Shown: positions 1 to 13,692 of the stretch, piece by piece
Numbering within the stretch: position 1 is the first letter of the stretch
How the letters are laid out: every line of letters begins with the position of its first letter
Source: Isurus oxyrinchus
Lineage: Eukaryota
Direction of reading: 5' to 3'
DNA length: 64,000 nucleotides
Assembly: GCA_026770705.1 (NCBI GenBank)
Contig: JANJGN010000002.1
Location: 175,956,001 to 176,020,000 of the forward strand
Program-made: the position numbers and the translations under genes
The notes under the pieces: generated by a model
Database searches by the model: none
Told to the model about the DNA's origin: nothing
What the model saw: the letters and a program-made list of their open reading frames with translations, nothing else

Positions 1-2629
1 GATGGTCACCATGCTGAAGGCCTCATGAAGGGGGAGGCAGAAAGAGTTGAAGAAGCTTTGCTCTAATGGTAATTTGTACTGTAAACAAACAAGAGAAAAC
101 CAACATAAATATACTACTACGAAATAGTGCTATTCAGTTCAAGTCACAATGGTACAACAACTTTCTGTCACTATGAGGTGTAGGAGAACAATGGACTTGC
201 TTAAGTTAGGTGTTTCTTAGTTCTGTACTTTATTTTAATTAATATGTTATCTTAATAAATGCGATAGTACAGCGCTATCTTCATTGGGCATTACCATAAG
301 CTAAATTAATTAAACCATTGCTGCTTCTGCCATAAAGTAGTAAAGGTTGCAATTTAAATTACTAGAACCTTCTTACAACTTCAAATGCACTTGGTTTTAA
401 AATTCCTTTTCCTTCTACTTGCTGCTGATTCTTTTTTATTCCCAATTCTATCCATCCTTTTTTGGTAATTTATTTTTCATAATTTTAAATCTGTACACAA
501 AATAATTGCACATCAGCTTACAATGTTATTTATTTCACAAGTGAATTTAATTTTCATTTTCCTATCAAAAACAAATAGTTTGGCTTGGAAACTTTGAATA
601 GTAAGTAGCTTCAGTCAAGCACCTGTATAAATGGTGCAATCAGTTTTATAACATTATATAACTACTGCCTCTCATCCTGTGATCTGATAGTTACAAAGTT
701 GCTACACTGTTTGTACTGATCTGCTCATTGATTTATTTTTTTTAAAAGACAGTTGATAAGTATTGCTAAAAGTTTTACCAAGTTTTTAATGTGTCAATGG
801 TATGTTGTACTGAAAAACAGCAATTGCTGAAATATTGATGGCAAGTTATTCACTTTATTTACACAAAGTCCTTCTCAGTTTCTTTGATAAAAGCAGTTAA
901 ATCTTTTTACTCTTTCATGTTTTGTCAGAACTTGATTTCTTTTGTCCTCTGGCTATTTGCCTAGCTGCGGACAATGATGCAGGAAGAATAGAAGCAGATT
1001 GTTGGAATGGTCTTCAGTGAAACTAATTATGACATGTTGACTGCACTCACCATGACATATTTCAGAGATCCAAGCTTATTCAATTACCCTTTCCAGATTT
1101 CCCTTTGAGAAATATTTTATCCTTTTGAGTGTTTGTATTTCTGAAGTGCATTTATGTTCAATCTGCAAGCACAATCCCCTGATCTGTGAGGGATCGTATT
1201 GTTACCGTTATTATACCCATTTCCAAATTAAGTAAACACCAATGGGATATTGAAGACATAATTTTGTTTGAAAGGCTTAGTGGCGAAGAAAAAGATTTTT
1301 TTTCTTCTTGTATTTTTATAGCAACTGTGATATTTTGTAGTTCCCTCCTTATGATGTGGTGCAAATCAAGGGGCATGATGCTAAGGGCTGATTTTTTTTG
1401 AGAGCTCACTTCTTGTTGAAATAAAACACATTACGTTTCATGTTGCTAATCACAACAGGCATTGACAGTTAGGTGAACACTGGACTTGTAATGCCTGACG
1501 ATCATGGTGTGGGTTTTGCAGATGCCAACTAACAGCAGCTGCTCAGCGAGAGTACATCAGAATAGGGGCAATGAAAGAAAGCAAAAACATCTTAGTTATA
1601 TAAGTTCTGAAAATATGAGTACTTAAGAACTTGGGAAATTAATTGAGACACTTAATGACTTGCACATAAATCTTAATGTTGCTTGAAAATTCCATGTCAT
1701 TTTGCAATGCTAAATAACTGTTTATTTATGATCATATTTATTTTAATAGAATTCCTTCCTCCTTTGAGTCCCCATACACCATGCATCACCAGCTAATTTA
1801 GAAGATGGTGTTAATCTGTTCCCAGGTCTCTGCCAGTACTGTTCTGTTAGTGGCTGGTAAGATGTGCGTAAAATTGGTTCAGGTTAACTCACCCCTGATT
1901 ATCTTTACTGCACTGAGGGGCAGTGCCTCATACAACCCCACCCCCCCCAACCCTGCACCCCCCCACCCAAAACCCCGCGTCCAAATATAGTGGAAAGTTT
2001 ACAGCATACAGAATGCCAGACTCCAACATTCATCCTACCACTCGGAGTTGGAGTTGCTGTTTGTCTGACTACAGCATTTATTAATTAATACAGCTTCTCT
2101 GCACAAACATGCACTCTGTGTCACAGAGAAGCACAGTATAGGAAATATTGTGCTTGAGAAATTTGCAACTGAAAACAACTTATGTTTTCAGTTTGTAAAA
2201 TGAAATACAGCAACAGACAAGGAAAGATAGCACGTGATACTTTGCCAGTGATCGATAAAGCATCCCACCAAAATATATTTTCCTGTTACGCCTCTCAGGT
2301 TTCTTTCACTTAAAATTGTACTTATTAAATAAGGATAGCCATGAGAGTTTGAGGGGGTCAAGTTCTAAATTAGTTCCCCTAATAACTTAGGGATATAGTG
2401 AGATAGGAATAGTACAAAAAACATTCAGTGGTATGGGAGGCTGGTCCAACCCTGACTTGTACTCCAGTGCCCATCCAATGAGTCCTTAACACCAGATTGG
2501 CTAAGGTGGAGACAAACCTGCCTCTTCCACTTCCCCTAGCCCACTGGGCCAAACTTCCTCTAAGGCTTCCACACCCCAACCACCCACCTCCCCAAACTTA
2601 GCCCTGAGCTCTCCTCTTTTTCCTTATTC

Positions 2630-4275
2630 TTTCCCGTCTCCCCTCATGCTTTGTCTGGGCTTGTCTTGTCCATAAGATCCACGCCATTCCCCCTTAGTCC
2701 AATTCCCACTAAACTGCTGAACACCCCTAAATGCCCTTCCTGGTGCCATGTTAGTGGATATTGTTAACAGGTCACTCTCCGCAGGTATTGTCCACTGTCC
2801 TTCAAATCTGCCATCATCATCTTTCTCCTCAAAAATTAACCCTTTATCTGTCCATCCATGAAAACCACCCACCACCTCAACCCCCACAATTTCCAACCTT
2901 CTTGTCCCCTTCAAAGTTCTTGAACGCATTGTCACCTACCAAAGTAGTGCTCACCTTTTCCAGAACTCCAAGTCTGAATCCCTCCAATTGGGTTTCTGCC
3001 CCATCACAGAACCCAAATGACTCTTATCAAAGTCACAAATTAATCCCTACATGATTGTGATGAAGGCAAATTATCGCTACTCACCTTTCTCAATTGTCTG
3101 CAGCCTTTGACATGGTTGATCACTCCATCCTCCTCCAACACCTTTCCACCATCATTCAACTGGGTAGAATAGCACTCACTCAGTTCCATTTTTACCTTTC
3201 TAATTGTAGCCAGAGAATTGCCTGGAATGGTTTCTCTTCCCAACCCTGCACAATTATCTCTGTCCCATCAGGATCTATCCTCAGCCCCCTTGTATTTCAC
3301 ATCCACAAGCTGCCTCTCAGACCAGTTTTCATGTATGTTGATGACACCCGGCTCTGCCTCACCATCACCTCCCTCAATCCCTCCTCTCCCTCTGAATTAT
3401 CAGACTGCTTGTCAGATATCCAATGTTAGATGAGTAGAAATTTCTTCAAACTAAGTATTGGGAAGATCAAAGCCATTGTCCTTGAACCCCACCACAAATT
3501 ATATTCACCAGCCACCAACTCCATCCCTCTCGATGGCAGCTGCCTAAGGCTGAATTAGACTGTTCAGAACCTTGGTGTCATATTTGATACTGAGAAGAGA
3601 TTCCAAACACATGTACTTGATGTCACTAAAACTCCCTATTTTGACCTCCAAAACGTTGACTGACTCCACTCCTAGCTCAGCTCACCTGCTCCTGAAACCT
3701 TCATCCATGCCTTTGTTACCTCTAGACCTAACTATTCCAATACATTCTGGCAGACCTCCCACATTCTACCTTTCATAAACCTGAGGTCACCTAAAACTCT
3801 GCTGCCCATGTCCCAACTCACAGCAAGTCCCATTCACGCATCACCCCTGTGCTCACTAAGGCGTACTGGTTCCTGATTAAGCAATGCCTCTATTTTAATA
3901 TGCTCATCTTTGTTTTCAAATCCCTGCATGGCCTTGTCCTTCACTATCTTTGTAACCACCCCCAGCCCCACAACCTTGCGAGAGATCTGTGCTCCTCAAT
4001 TCTGGATTCTACAGCATCCCAGTTTTAATTGCTCCAAGATTGGCAGCCGAGCCTTCAGCTGCCTAAGCCTTAAACTCTGTAATTCCCTCTGCCTCTCTAC
4101 CCCTCTTTTCCCTGTTTAAAGCCACTCTTAAAACCTACATCTCTAACCAAGCATTTGGTTAGCAGCCCTTAAATTTCCTTATGCAGCTCTGTGCCAAATA
4201 TCGTTTGATAATACTTGGGATGTTTTACGATGTCATATGATGTTAAAGATGATATATAAATACATATTATTGTTG
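2630..4275 (+). mobile_element. Decayed L2-clade LINE (RT region to 3' tail)
   Basis: Broken RT peptides LSAAFDMVDHSILL, VPSGSILSPLVF, MYVDDTRL, IGSRAFSC; ends ...ATATAAATAC..TTGTTGTTG, an L2-type tail; many stops and frameshifts. Confidence 0.85.
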
Positions 4276-7200
4276 TTGTGGTAATGGTGACAACCAAAGA
4301 TGAAGCAAATCTTTGCAGATCTGAGGGCTAGTCAATATTGGCCACTCTAGACTGATTAATTGTGCAAATGCTTGACACCAGCACACCTTCTCAGTACACT
4401 GTAGTTGATGGAATTGGGGAATTTAAGGAAAGAATGTTAGTAAGGTGTCTAACTGTGGGAGAAACATTGACCTTATTGCAAATATTATAACAACTATTTG
4501 TGATTTATCTGCTGTTTTAAAGGAGATGGCGCCTTGTTAATTTTAAAATTAACCTTTGTTGAAGTATCAGGGAGAGGAATTTCATGTGAACTGCGGACTG
4601 CACGCTATTCCTACAATTTAATTTCAAGGCCTTAAAATCTTCTGGTGCACGCAACTTCAAACTATTCAATTTTATGTGTTCAACTGCCCCACCAAGTATT
4701 TCAATACTGATTTCCTGTGGATTATCAAACTTCAAAATTGTTCATAAAATTAACTCTGAATGTACACACAGAAAAGACAGTTTGACCAAGATTGGTGTTC
4801 TTCTCTTTCACTGGGAACCGCTAATCCCTTTTATTTCTCTGAATTTTGCCTGGGAATAGCCTAGTTTCTAGGTGAAGGGTTAACCTATAACTGTCTACAT
4901 TAAGCAGAAGCACAATGTACTTGGTATTTATGTGAAACACCTGTGCTCCACAAGTGATTTAGCTCATTGCATAATAACACATGGTGCAGACTGTTACACC
5001 ACTCTCAAGTGCTGCTGCCTTCGATAGTTATTTCATTAGGATCTGTAAACCATCCTTTAGTGCATTCATTTCCAAAATATGGTGTGAGTCAGTATGAAAT
5101 AGGCAATTACTATAAAGTTAATTGAAGTGTATGAGCCATTGAAAACCAACCGCATTTCCCACTCAAAATGCAAGGGCCTGCTTTCAAAATTTGGCTTCTC
5201 TATGCACAAGTTACTAATGACTTTTGTAGATGTTTTCAAAGTTGCACACTGCTATATTGGACTAATTAACTGTTCTGTATAAATTACATTTTTATATTTG
5301 GTACAGTCAGATGTCAAGGCATTTTGTGCAGCTATAATCCATCACGCAAAAAAAGAAACAAATTACATTTTAACATCGACAAATAACACAGGATAGAATC
5401 CACCAACAGCACTGCACCAATCCCTAGTCATAGCAACAGAAGCAATCTCTAGATCTCTCCTTCAGGGAAGAAGTGAATTTTCTGCTATGTACTCCATTTA
5501 CCAGAACAATTCTATCAGTTATAACTATTTTGTTTAGCCACATCACTACCGAATATCTGTTGATACCTTTTTACATTTCCTTTGTAAAATATTTTGTTCA
5601 CGATATATTCTTGACTCATACTTAAAATATGTTGCTCTGATACACTGTAGCATAGCATTTCCCCCTGTGAGCTGAATGTAAAACACAAGGAAATGGTTAT
5701 CAAAATATAGCAGGTTGTATGTAGTTTGTCATGGATATTCCATTGTCTTCCTGACTAAATCTAAATGAATGTCAAATCTCAGTGAGCAACATGTTACACT
5801 GCATGATCAATCAAAGAACCTTTAACCACAGAAATCAAAAACATGCAGTGAATGACAGTTCTTTTGCAAGAACAACATCAAATCTGAAGAATTAGTAAAT
5901 GTTCAGCATTTAGGTAATTAAATATATATCTCTGGTTTCCCATTCAATTCCTGATAAGTTAAAACGAGTGCCACTCATTTTCTCACAAATTGATGATCTA
6001 TAACCGTTCAAGATTTTGAGAATCACCCACCAGTGCTGATGTTTCACCAGATTACTTCCAGAAGTTGTGTTGGAACTTTACTTTATGCAATTACAACACT
6101 TGTACTCAAACTGACATTTTTAAAAAAAAGTTGAATACAGCAGAAAAAAATAGTTGTACACATAATTTTCACATCAACAAAAACGCTACAAACAGCACTG
6201 TGGAGCTGCATGCATGTAGCAACCAGGGATGCACTCCAAAATTAGAATTGTGGAAGTTTGAATGATATGGCAGTAATTTTAGTTGTCACAAAATAATTCT
6301 CTCAAGTTCCACAAGAAAATAATCAGCCCCATGCCTTAATTCGGAGAAAAAAATTAAACTGCAGCATTGTCTAATGTGCAATCTAAAGCAGAGTACATTA
6401 CATTTTGTAGAGCATAATTGGCAGATTTTTGCAGACACTGTTATTGCAATGGGCAATTTTGAATTTGCAGAACAATTGGTAGTGACATTACCAAAGAAGG
6501 AGTAATAGTCAAAAAGTCCTGAAGAAGTCATCTGTTATGGCGTGAAGTTATTCAAAGCAGAACACAACAACCCACCTTTAGGTTAAACTGATGATTTATC
6601 CCAATCATTCGTCTAACTTGTTATTAGTGTACAGTGTACTTAAGTACATTGATCTTTCATTCCCTGTATCCTTTTACCATATCATTTTACAAGGGAAGTG
6701 ATGAGAATAATTAAAGCTGAAAAGGCTTCTTGCTCCTTTATAATTATTTTCTGGATTTTCTCTTGGTTCAAAGACAGTTCAGGGATGGTTTAAATGCATA
6801 GTCGTGAAAGCCTTCTTAGTAATTTCCCAAATCTGGTGTTGATTTTAGGTAAAGGGTTTAGAAAAAGTGAAGAAAGAGAAAGTGCCCCACAGATGGGATT
6901 TATACCAAACAATTAAGATCACAATGATTTTAGTGAGAACTAGCTCTAATCAGATGTTTATTTTAAATCACAAACAAAGCATTTCTATTATGAATTTAAA
7001 TGAGCCAGTCATATGAAACCATAAATCATACTACTGAAGTTACCATTCCATACCATTAACTTAATTCATTGTAAACTGTGAACATAGATAAATATAATGT
7101 ACCAACCACATATTCAGTTTTACCATTTTCACTCAACTATTTCATTGTCCAATTGAGTTAATGATTAAATTGTGAAGACTTACATTAATGATGTTTTCCA

Positions 7201-8689
7201 CTTACAATATCCTACGTTAGACACAATAAAGATTCCCTCTCTCTAATCAGTGTAAGCCAAAAAGATAGAGCTTTGATCCCTGTTGTTAAAAGGCAATGAC
7301 AATAGAAGCTGAGCAACTAGGGGCTGAGCTACTGGCCCCTCTTCACACAACAATAGCATCAACAAACAAGTACTTGATCAATATTTGGCCAGGGCAACTG
7401 AAAAGTTTCCTTTCAGATTTTAATTCCAGGTTGTAAAATAGCTGCAGGGCAAAGAGGGACATAAAACTGCAATGAATTCACTTGTGAAGTACCTTTTCTG
7501 TCTCCTTAGCTGTAAATATCTGCATGATCACAGCCATCATCAGCATATTCTGCTCTGCAGGATTTTAATAGGGTATAATTAGTGACCATGCATAAGCATC
7601 TTATTGCACTTTGTCCTGATTCATGCAGATTTCACAAATATGGTATGGTTTGACAAAGGAGTTAATATTGGTCTATTGCCTCACTTGACCGAAACCATAG
7701 CATGTGCTGCAGGTACTCTGAATAAAAGCAACAAGACTTTCATGTAACAGTAATTAGCTGGATTCATTTATGTTCACAAGAGGTTCCTTCTGATAAAATC
7801 TTACCTCATATTGTCATTCACTTCCTTACTTCAGCTAAAGTAAACTTCTGGTTGGTAAAATGAACATAATTAAGCTAAATTAATGTTAAATGAAGTTGAT
7901 TCATGTATTTAAACAATTGTGTGATTCAAGGCATTAATTTGATACACATGATACCAGTCAAGGTATATTGTGGAACAGAGAAATATAATATTTTTTAGTT
8001 CAAGATTGCTATCTAATCAATCCTTGTTGTCTTTATGTTGGTGCATATTATTAAAGAGGGAAGTGTAAACTGCTATTCTGTTTAAGTGATTCCTTTTACT
8101 GCACTTCAGTGTTTAATTCATGGGCCTACACAAAAAAAAATCATCTTAGACATGCCCATTGAGACAGTAATTGTATGTTCTTTGGAATCAACCCCATTGA
8201 AATTGTTTGGTTGATTTTGATCATATTGCTAAAGTATGTCAAGGATTAAAGATCAAGGGAATGATTACAACTGGTTTATTTATCAGCAAAGCAGCATTTA
8301 ATGGGAGCAAAAGCTGACAAATAAGAAATTCCTCTCTGTCCCTTTAAAATAATCTAAATCATTCAGCTTTTGCATATGTATCCAGTTATAACACTAAAAG
8401 GTAAGCCCAGTAAAATCACTTTCTTTCTAATGTTGTAATCCCTAAACAAATGTCAATCTGTATGCCTTTATATCCAATTTATCTTCATACCTGAAGTAAA
8501 ATTGTTTGATTTATATCACTTCTTATGATAGGATAACCCCTGTTAGTGATAAGTCTAGCTGCAGGTGCAATGGATCATTTTGTGTTGTGCATATAAGGCA
8601 GCCATTCACCTCATTGAGACATACATTGCACTTTATTTCTGTTGCATTTAAAGTGCATGAAATTAAAAGGAAAATTCTGTATTTTCCTT

Positions 8690-8870
8690 TGTTCACTGTC
8701 ACTGGGTCAAAATCCTGGAACTCCCTCCCAAACAGCATGTGGGTGTACCTACATCACATGGACCTCAGTGGTTCAAGAAGGCAGCTCACCACCACCTTCT
8801 CCAGGGTAATTAGGAATGGGCAATAAAAATGCTGGTCTAGCCAGCGATGCCCATGACTGAATTTAAAAAG
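8690..8870 (+). mobile_element. 3' end of a LINE (5'-truncated)
   Basis: FTVTGSKSWNSLPNS C-terminal LINE ORF2-like peptide followed by tail GGGTAATTAGGAATGGGCAATAAAAATGCTGG..GATGCCCA..GAAT. Confidence 0.7.
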
Positions 8871-9639
8871 AGAAACTCAACATTAACCCAGTGTGCTGCT
8901 TGTTGTGATTATTTTGAGAATAATTACTAGCAAATAGTAATCCAGCAATTTTATAGAAGTGACAATGTAGAAAAGTTTATTTTATAGCACATTATATGGC
9001 AATTATTGTTATTTCAAAGTTTATTTTACTGCAACAAATGAAGCAGAAAATGGAATATAAATTTTGTGTATTCAAAATACAAAACCTGCAAAACATCTGA
9101 TTTGAAAAATTGTGTTGTGAGCTATGGACACGGGTAATGCTCCCTAGCAATTAAATGCCTGCTGGCATAAAGATACTGATGCCATCACCATGTGGCATTG
9201 CACTGCAGTGTCTCTTGAGTGATAGCTCTACCTCTGGAGGGGTGAGATTTCACGCTGGTAATTAGACAAGCTTATGTGACCAATTTCACTCCAGAATAGA
9301 ATCCACACCAGGTTCCATCCTACTTAATATGAACAATGAAAACAATTATGGCAGCCTTTGTTTTGCCCCCAGAATTTCAGAATATTTGATAGCTCTCCCT
9401 CATGCCAGTGTCTTTACCGAAAATAGTTTCTTTCTTCAGTTTATGAATGAATAAAATTCAAATGAACTATACTTATAAAATCCAGAATATGGAGGAGAAA
9501 TGCTTTGGAGCACCAAAACCAGGGTATGAAACAGATTGGTATAAATATTCACTCCTACTTTAATATACTTTTCTTCACTTCTCCTCCTCTCCTGAAAATG
9601 TCAACTTCTATGTGTTCTGATCACCAACTGCGTCTCACC

Positions 9640-9935
9640 CACGTGTCCATTTGTCACGTGAGCCGAGACAGAGAGTGTTGGCAGTCGACTCAACTGTGTG
9701 GAGCATTTCAACCAAGTCTGGTCTTGTCACCTCCTGGCTTCCATACATACACAATCAGACTTCCACTAAGTGCTATTAGATTGCCACCAAGGCTGGGAAC
9801 ACTAGCTAAATTTCCTCTGTACAGTTTAGAGGTGCTGAAACTAATTATTTCACCCCTACCTCTAACCCAGCTGAGATCAGTTAGCACAACCCAGGAATCA
9901 AGTTTGAGCCTTTCTGGTCTGTATGGTATGCCTTT
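9640..9935 (-). mobile_element. Old SINE-like repeat (family unnamed)
   Basis: Reverse complement resembles the element at ~51650-51850 (TTAGC.AGTGTTCC.GC.C.TGGTGG...CAG.TGA.T..C.GCCAACACTC) and the one at ~44010-44310. Confidence 0.45.
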
Positions 9936-10349
9936 CTCAACTAAGTCATCAATAAATCTTAATTATATTCTAACTGGGTGGGCTAATTTTTTTGTAATTT
10001 CAGAATTCAAGTTACATGTGTAGCATATATTTATAATTATTTTCCATGACACCAGTCTGACATAGTACAGTCCCATTTTCCTTTCTTGTAAAGTTCCAAT
10101 AATCCTGCAACTAGTTGGCTTGGAAGGTCTCTTGGTTAAAATTGCCTTTCACTTCTTTCCAGACAGAACAATCATTTCTCGCATTTGTTGCTATGTAAGC
10201 AAAGTACAAGAGCTAACTTGCACAGAACGAGGAGAGAAATGACCATCTAATTTCAAAGGCCAAAATCAAGAATTTCATCGGAATTCCGCCAACCGCTGGC
10301 GGGAATCTCCTAGGAAATTCCAAGAGCGATGGATCAGTCCTGCTCTGCG

Positions 10350-10470
10350 ATCATTTCCACCCATCTCGTCGGAAAGACAGCACCTGCAGCAGTGATGCAC
10401 CCCCATAGCACTGCGGCCCAGCTAGAGTCCAGAATCTAACCACATCTTCGGCCATTGGCTCCCTGAGACA
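10350..10470 (-). mobile_element. Deu-domain SINE fragment
   Basis: CATCT..TCGGAAAGACAGCACCT.CAGCAGTG.TGCACCCCC..AGCACTGC is the reverse complement of the corresponding segment of the SINE at ~30310-30365. Confidence 0.5.
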
Positions 10471-10899
10471 AATGCTTTGATTTTTACAACATTCTTTCAA
10501 ATGTTTGTACGAAAAGGGGAAAGTGTACCAGTATCGTGACTCCCCAAAACATTTTTGTTTTCTGTAAATATGAATAGCTTGATGCCCATAAATTTCAAAT
10601 GTTGCAGTAAGTTTTCTAAGGTAACTAACCATGGTTAGAATGAAGGGTCATATTGCGTCGGAGAATTAAATGGGAACATGTGTTGGGAGTATTGTTTTTT
10701 ATTTTTTATCTTACCACCACAGATATGGTTCGTTTGTTTAATGCTGTGATTAACTGATTAGCAGCCAAATGTGATTAAATGTGATCGAAGGAAAACTGCC
10801 CGAGGAGTGGTAACCAGCTTGTCATTTTAGTATCTACGAAATCTTCTCAATTTTAAAATAATTTAATTTAAACGAATTGCATAAACAAGTTAAAATTGT

Positions 10900-13460
10900 G
10901 AAAGCAGGATCGGCGAAGGGCTTCACTTTACTCCAACTTTACTCAACCCAGTTTTTATGGGCTTTTCGGGTTATGTCCTGGTGTTTCTCCGTTGATCCTA
11001 ATGGGTCATTTAATATCATTGCGAGGGCGGCTGATGGTCACAAGGGTCTGTCTTCGTATAAATCACCATTTATCGACTCAAAAGTTGTAGCTGGCCACAC
11101 TTAGCTTGTCTCGAGATCTAGAATATATTCTTACAAGAAAAAAGGCCTTATCTGCATACTATCGCACTTTCAATCTAATTGCCTTCTCTCATTCGCCCTT
11201 CCAGTCCCTATGTCTGTTACTCCGCAAGCCACTCGCATCCAGCCAAAGTCAATGAACACAACTGTAATTGTAACTTTACATCTAAATATTAAGATAGGGC
11301 CCCGGAGTCGCGTGTCTGCAGTACACAGTTATCAGCTGTCAGGAATTCCATTACTACATGAACCAAAAAATGCTTCGGCTCCTTCAAAACTCCCCACATT
11401 CCGCAAAACTTATTTCATCTTGTCCCCTCTCACAGCTTTACTTGTTAGCTGAATCCAACAGCAGTCCCAGCCAGAGAGAGAAAAAAAGGGGACAGAAATT
11501 TCACGAATTTTTGCCCCGGGCGAATTGGAGGCGGGTCGGGAAAAGATGAAAGTGAGAAGAAATAAAAGGCTCGATTTAATCAGCTTTAAAAGGCTTCGGT
11601 CCGGGTTTCTGATTGAATTTTGGACCTGCGCATGATTGCGGATAAATCGAGCCTGACCACGCCTGGAGCTCCGGGAAAACACAGTGTCCCATTCAAACTG
11701 GCGCTGGCAACCTCAATACACTCTTCAATCATTAAATATAACAGAAATATTTATAGCGCCCCATCCGGGATTTTATTTTTTTTAAAAAAAGGACTACCAG
11801 AAAGAATTAAGAACCACGAGGCAGTTTCAGCACGAGCGTCCTGTTTTTTTTAAGTTTTAAAAAAATAAACCTTCAACATGATAAATCTCACTTAAAACCG
11901 GCAAAATCTCGGCTTTCCATGTTTGCAAAGTGCCCTCCCCCCCCCATACTCACAAATATAGGCAAGTGTTCACAACTTATTTTTTTCAATTGTTTTTAAT
12001 AAATTACAATTATCTTTTGTTGCGATCTTGGGAGTAGTGTCACTCTAGACTTGGGCAAGACGTGCTTAAATGCAAATAGCGAGGCTTCCTCACGCCAGTT
12101 ATTAGTTATAATCAGCAAACTGGCGCACCCCATGGTCGAGTGCCTCATGTGTCACTCGCTAGCGCAACTCGGAAATGTTACCGGGGCGGTAGCGAGGGAG
12201 AGAAATCTCCAGTGGATGGGCAGTTTGTTTACTTATGAACTTTAGGTTAATTACAACCTAAACTGTTTGCTGGAATGATTAGAATGGAAAGCTGGCGTTT
12301 CATCCTCCCCACCCCCGGCCAAAGTTTTCTTCCCTCCTTAAACTAATGACACTGTAATGACCAGACTGTCCCAGCTTTTACACATCTCGAGCTGCAATCT
12401 TTCGCAAAACATAATATTACGGCGATTTGCCAAGGTTGAGCTTGAGTCTATTTGCTGTAGGAAATCGCCGGCATTCTTTGCAACTTTCTCTCCTCGCCTT
12501 CCAACCTAACGCCAGCCCCTAAATCAAAGCCTTCGCTCAATCGAATGGTGCCAATTGTATTTTTTTTGAATGACAGTCGGCATCTTACACGTCTAAAAAG
12601 ATGGCAAAAGAAACATTTTGTAGGTGAAAATGGCTAGTTTTCCACGGTGGCGAGAGAGTCCATAAAACTGCAAGGACTGGCTGCTACTGGCGATCACTGA
12701 ATAATTCATCCCTCATTGCAAGCCCATAATGTCTTTTCTCAGCCTTTTGTTTGGACGGTTTCTGTTCTTTTTTTCCCTGAATTACAAAAAGGTTGCCTTC
12801 TTTTGTTGCGACCAAGCTGTCACTAGCGTAGGCTTTGTCCTTCCGAGCCTAAAGTGTAACTTTCAATGGACTCACGCTTCTTTGTTTTCCAAGTTCATCT
12901 CCAAGTGTGGATTGTGTATTCAAGGACTTCTTTGTATAGCTGGAAAAGTTGTACAAATGTTTGACCAGCTCATTTGGTCGTTTTTGTCTACTCAAGATCC
13001 TATTTGCAGAGAAATTCGGGCAGGTCTATGGACTCCAGCAACAAGCGACACTTTGTGCCAAAGCTTGTGCGCAAGGCTAATGTTAAGGACTTAAATTTAT
13101 ACACTCTTTCCAAGAGTTTTCTAGCCTTTTTTTATATAGATTCGATGTTTTGATTAACAAAACATGTCTTTGCGAAAAGGTACTTTGTTAGTGGGGGAAA
13201 AAGATAATCGAATCGCAACAATGCCCAACAAGTTAAAACGGGGCACTGTGATACCTTTTCTTGTTGCTGTTATGATGCAGAAAGGAGCTCGCCAAATACA
13301 CACCAGGACAACTCAGATGGCAAATATGGTATATTACTCAGATCAATAAACAATGCAGACTACAAACGAGCTCTCACGCTTCATGAACCTGGTCACAGGC
13401 AGCTTCACCGTCGCCTCCAGTTCCATAGCCAGTCCCATGCAGACTGCGCCACTCATTCGG
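10900..13460. promoter_or_regulatory. Cluster of candidate conserved non-coding enhancers in proximal intron 4
   Basis: Repeat-free and CpG-rich; TTTATGG 10954-10960, ATAAATCA 11058-11065, TGTTTAC 12226-12232, ATCAAAG 12523-12529, CCATAAAA 12660-12667, TCACGCTTC at ~12872 and ~13374. Confidence 0.45.
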
Positions 13461-13670
13461 AGCCACTTTTCTGGTGTGATTTAACAAAATATTTCAGCGA
13501 ATTATCATTTCCACATTGCCCGCTAAAGATTTTAGCAAACTACTGTGGACTGGATAGCAGACTTTTAGCAAGTAATTTAGGAACAATTTGCTTTTCTCAG
13601 TTAATATCTTATAACCGAAGTCTACATATTTCGAAGTACGTACAGATTATAACTGGAGTATATATGGGTA

Positions 13671-13692
13671 GGGGGGGGGGGGGGGGGGGGGG
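13671..13692. repeat. Poly-G homopolymer (poly-C runs also at ~14117-14137 and ~16700-16714)
   Basis: Run of 22 G. Confidence 0.9.

Noticed and set aside
9505-10023. 172-aa + strand ORF in intron 4 (antisense gene?)
   Set aside because: Non-ATG start, largely overlaps an old SINE-like repeat, no recognisable motif
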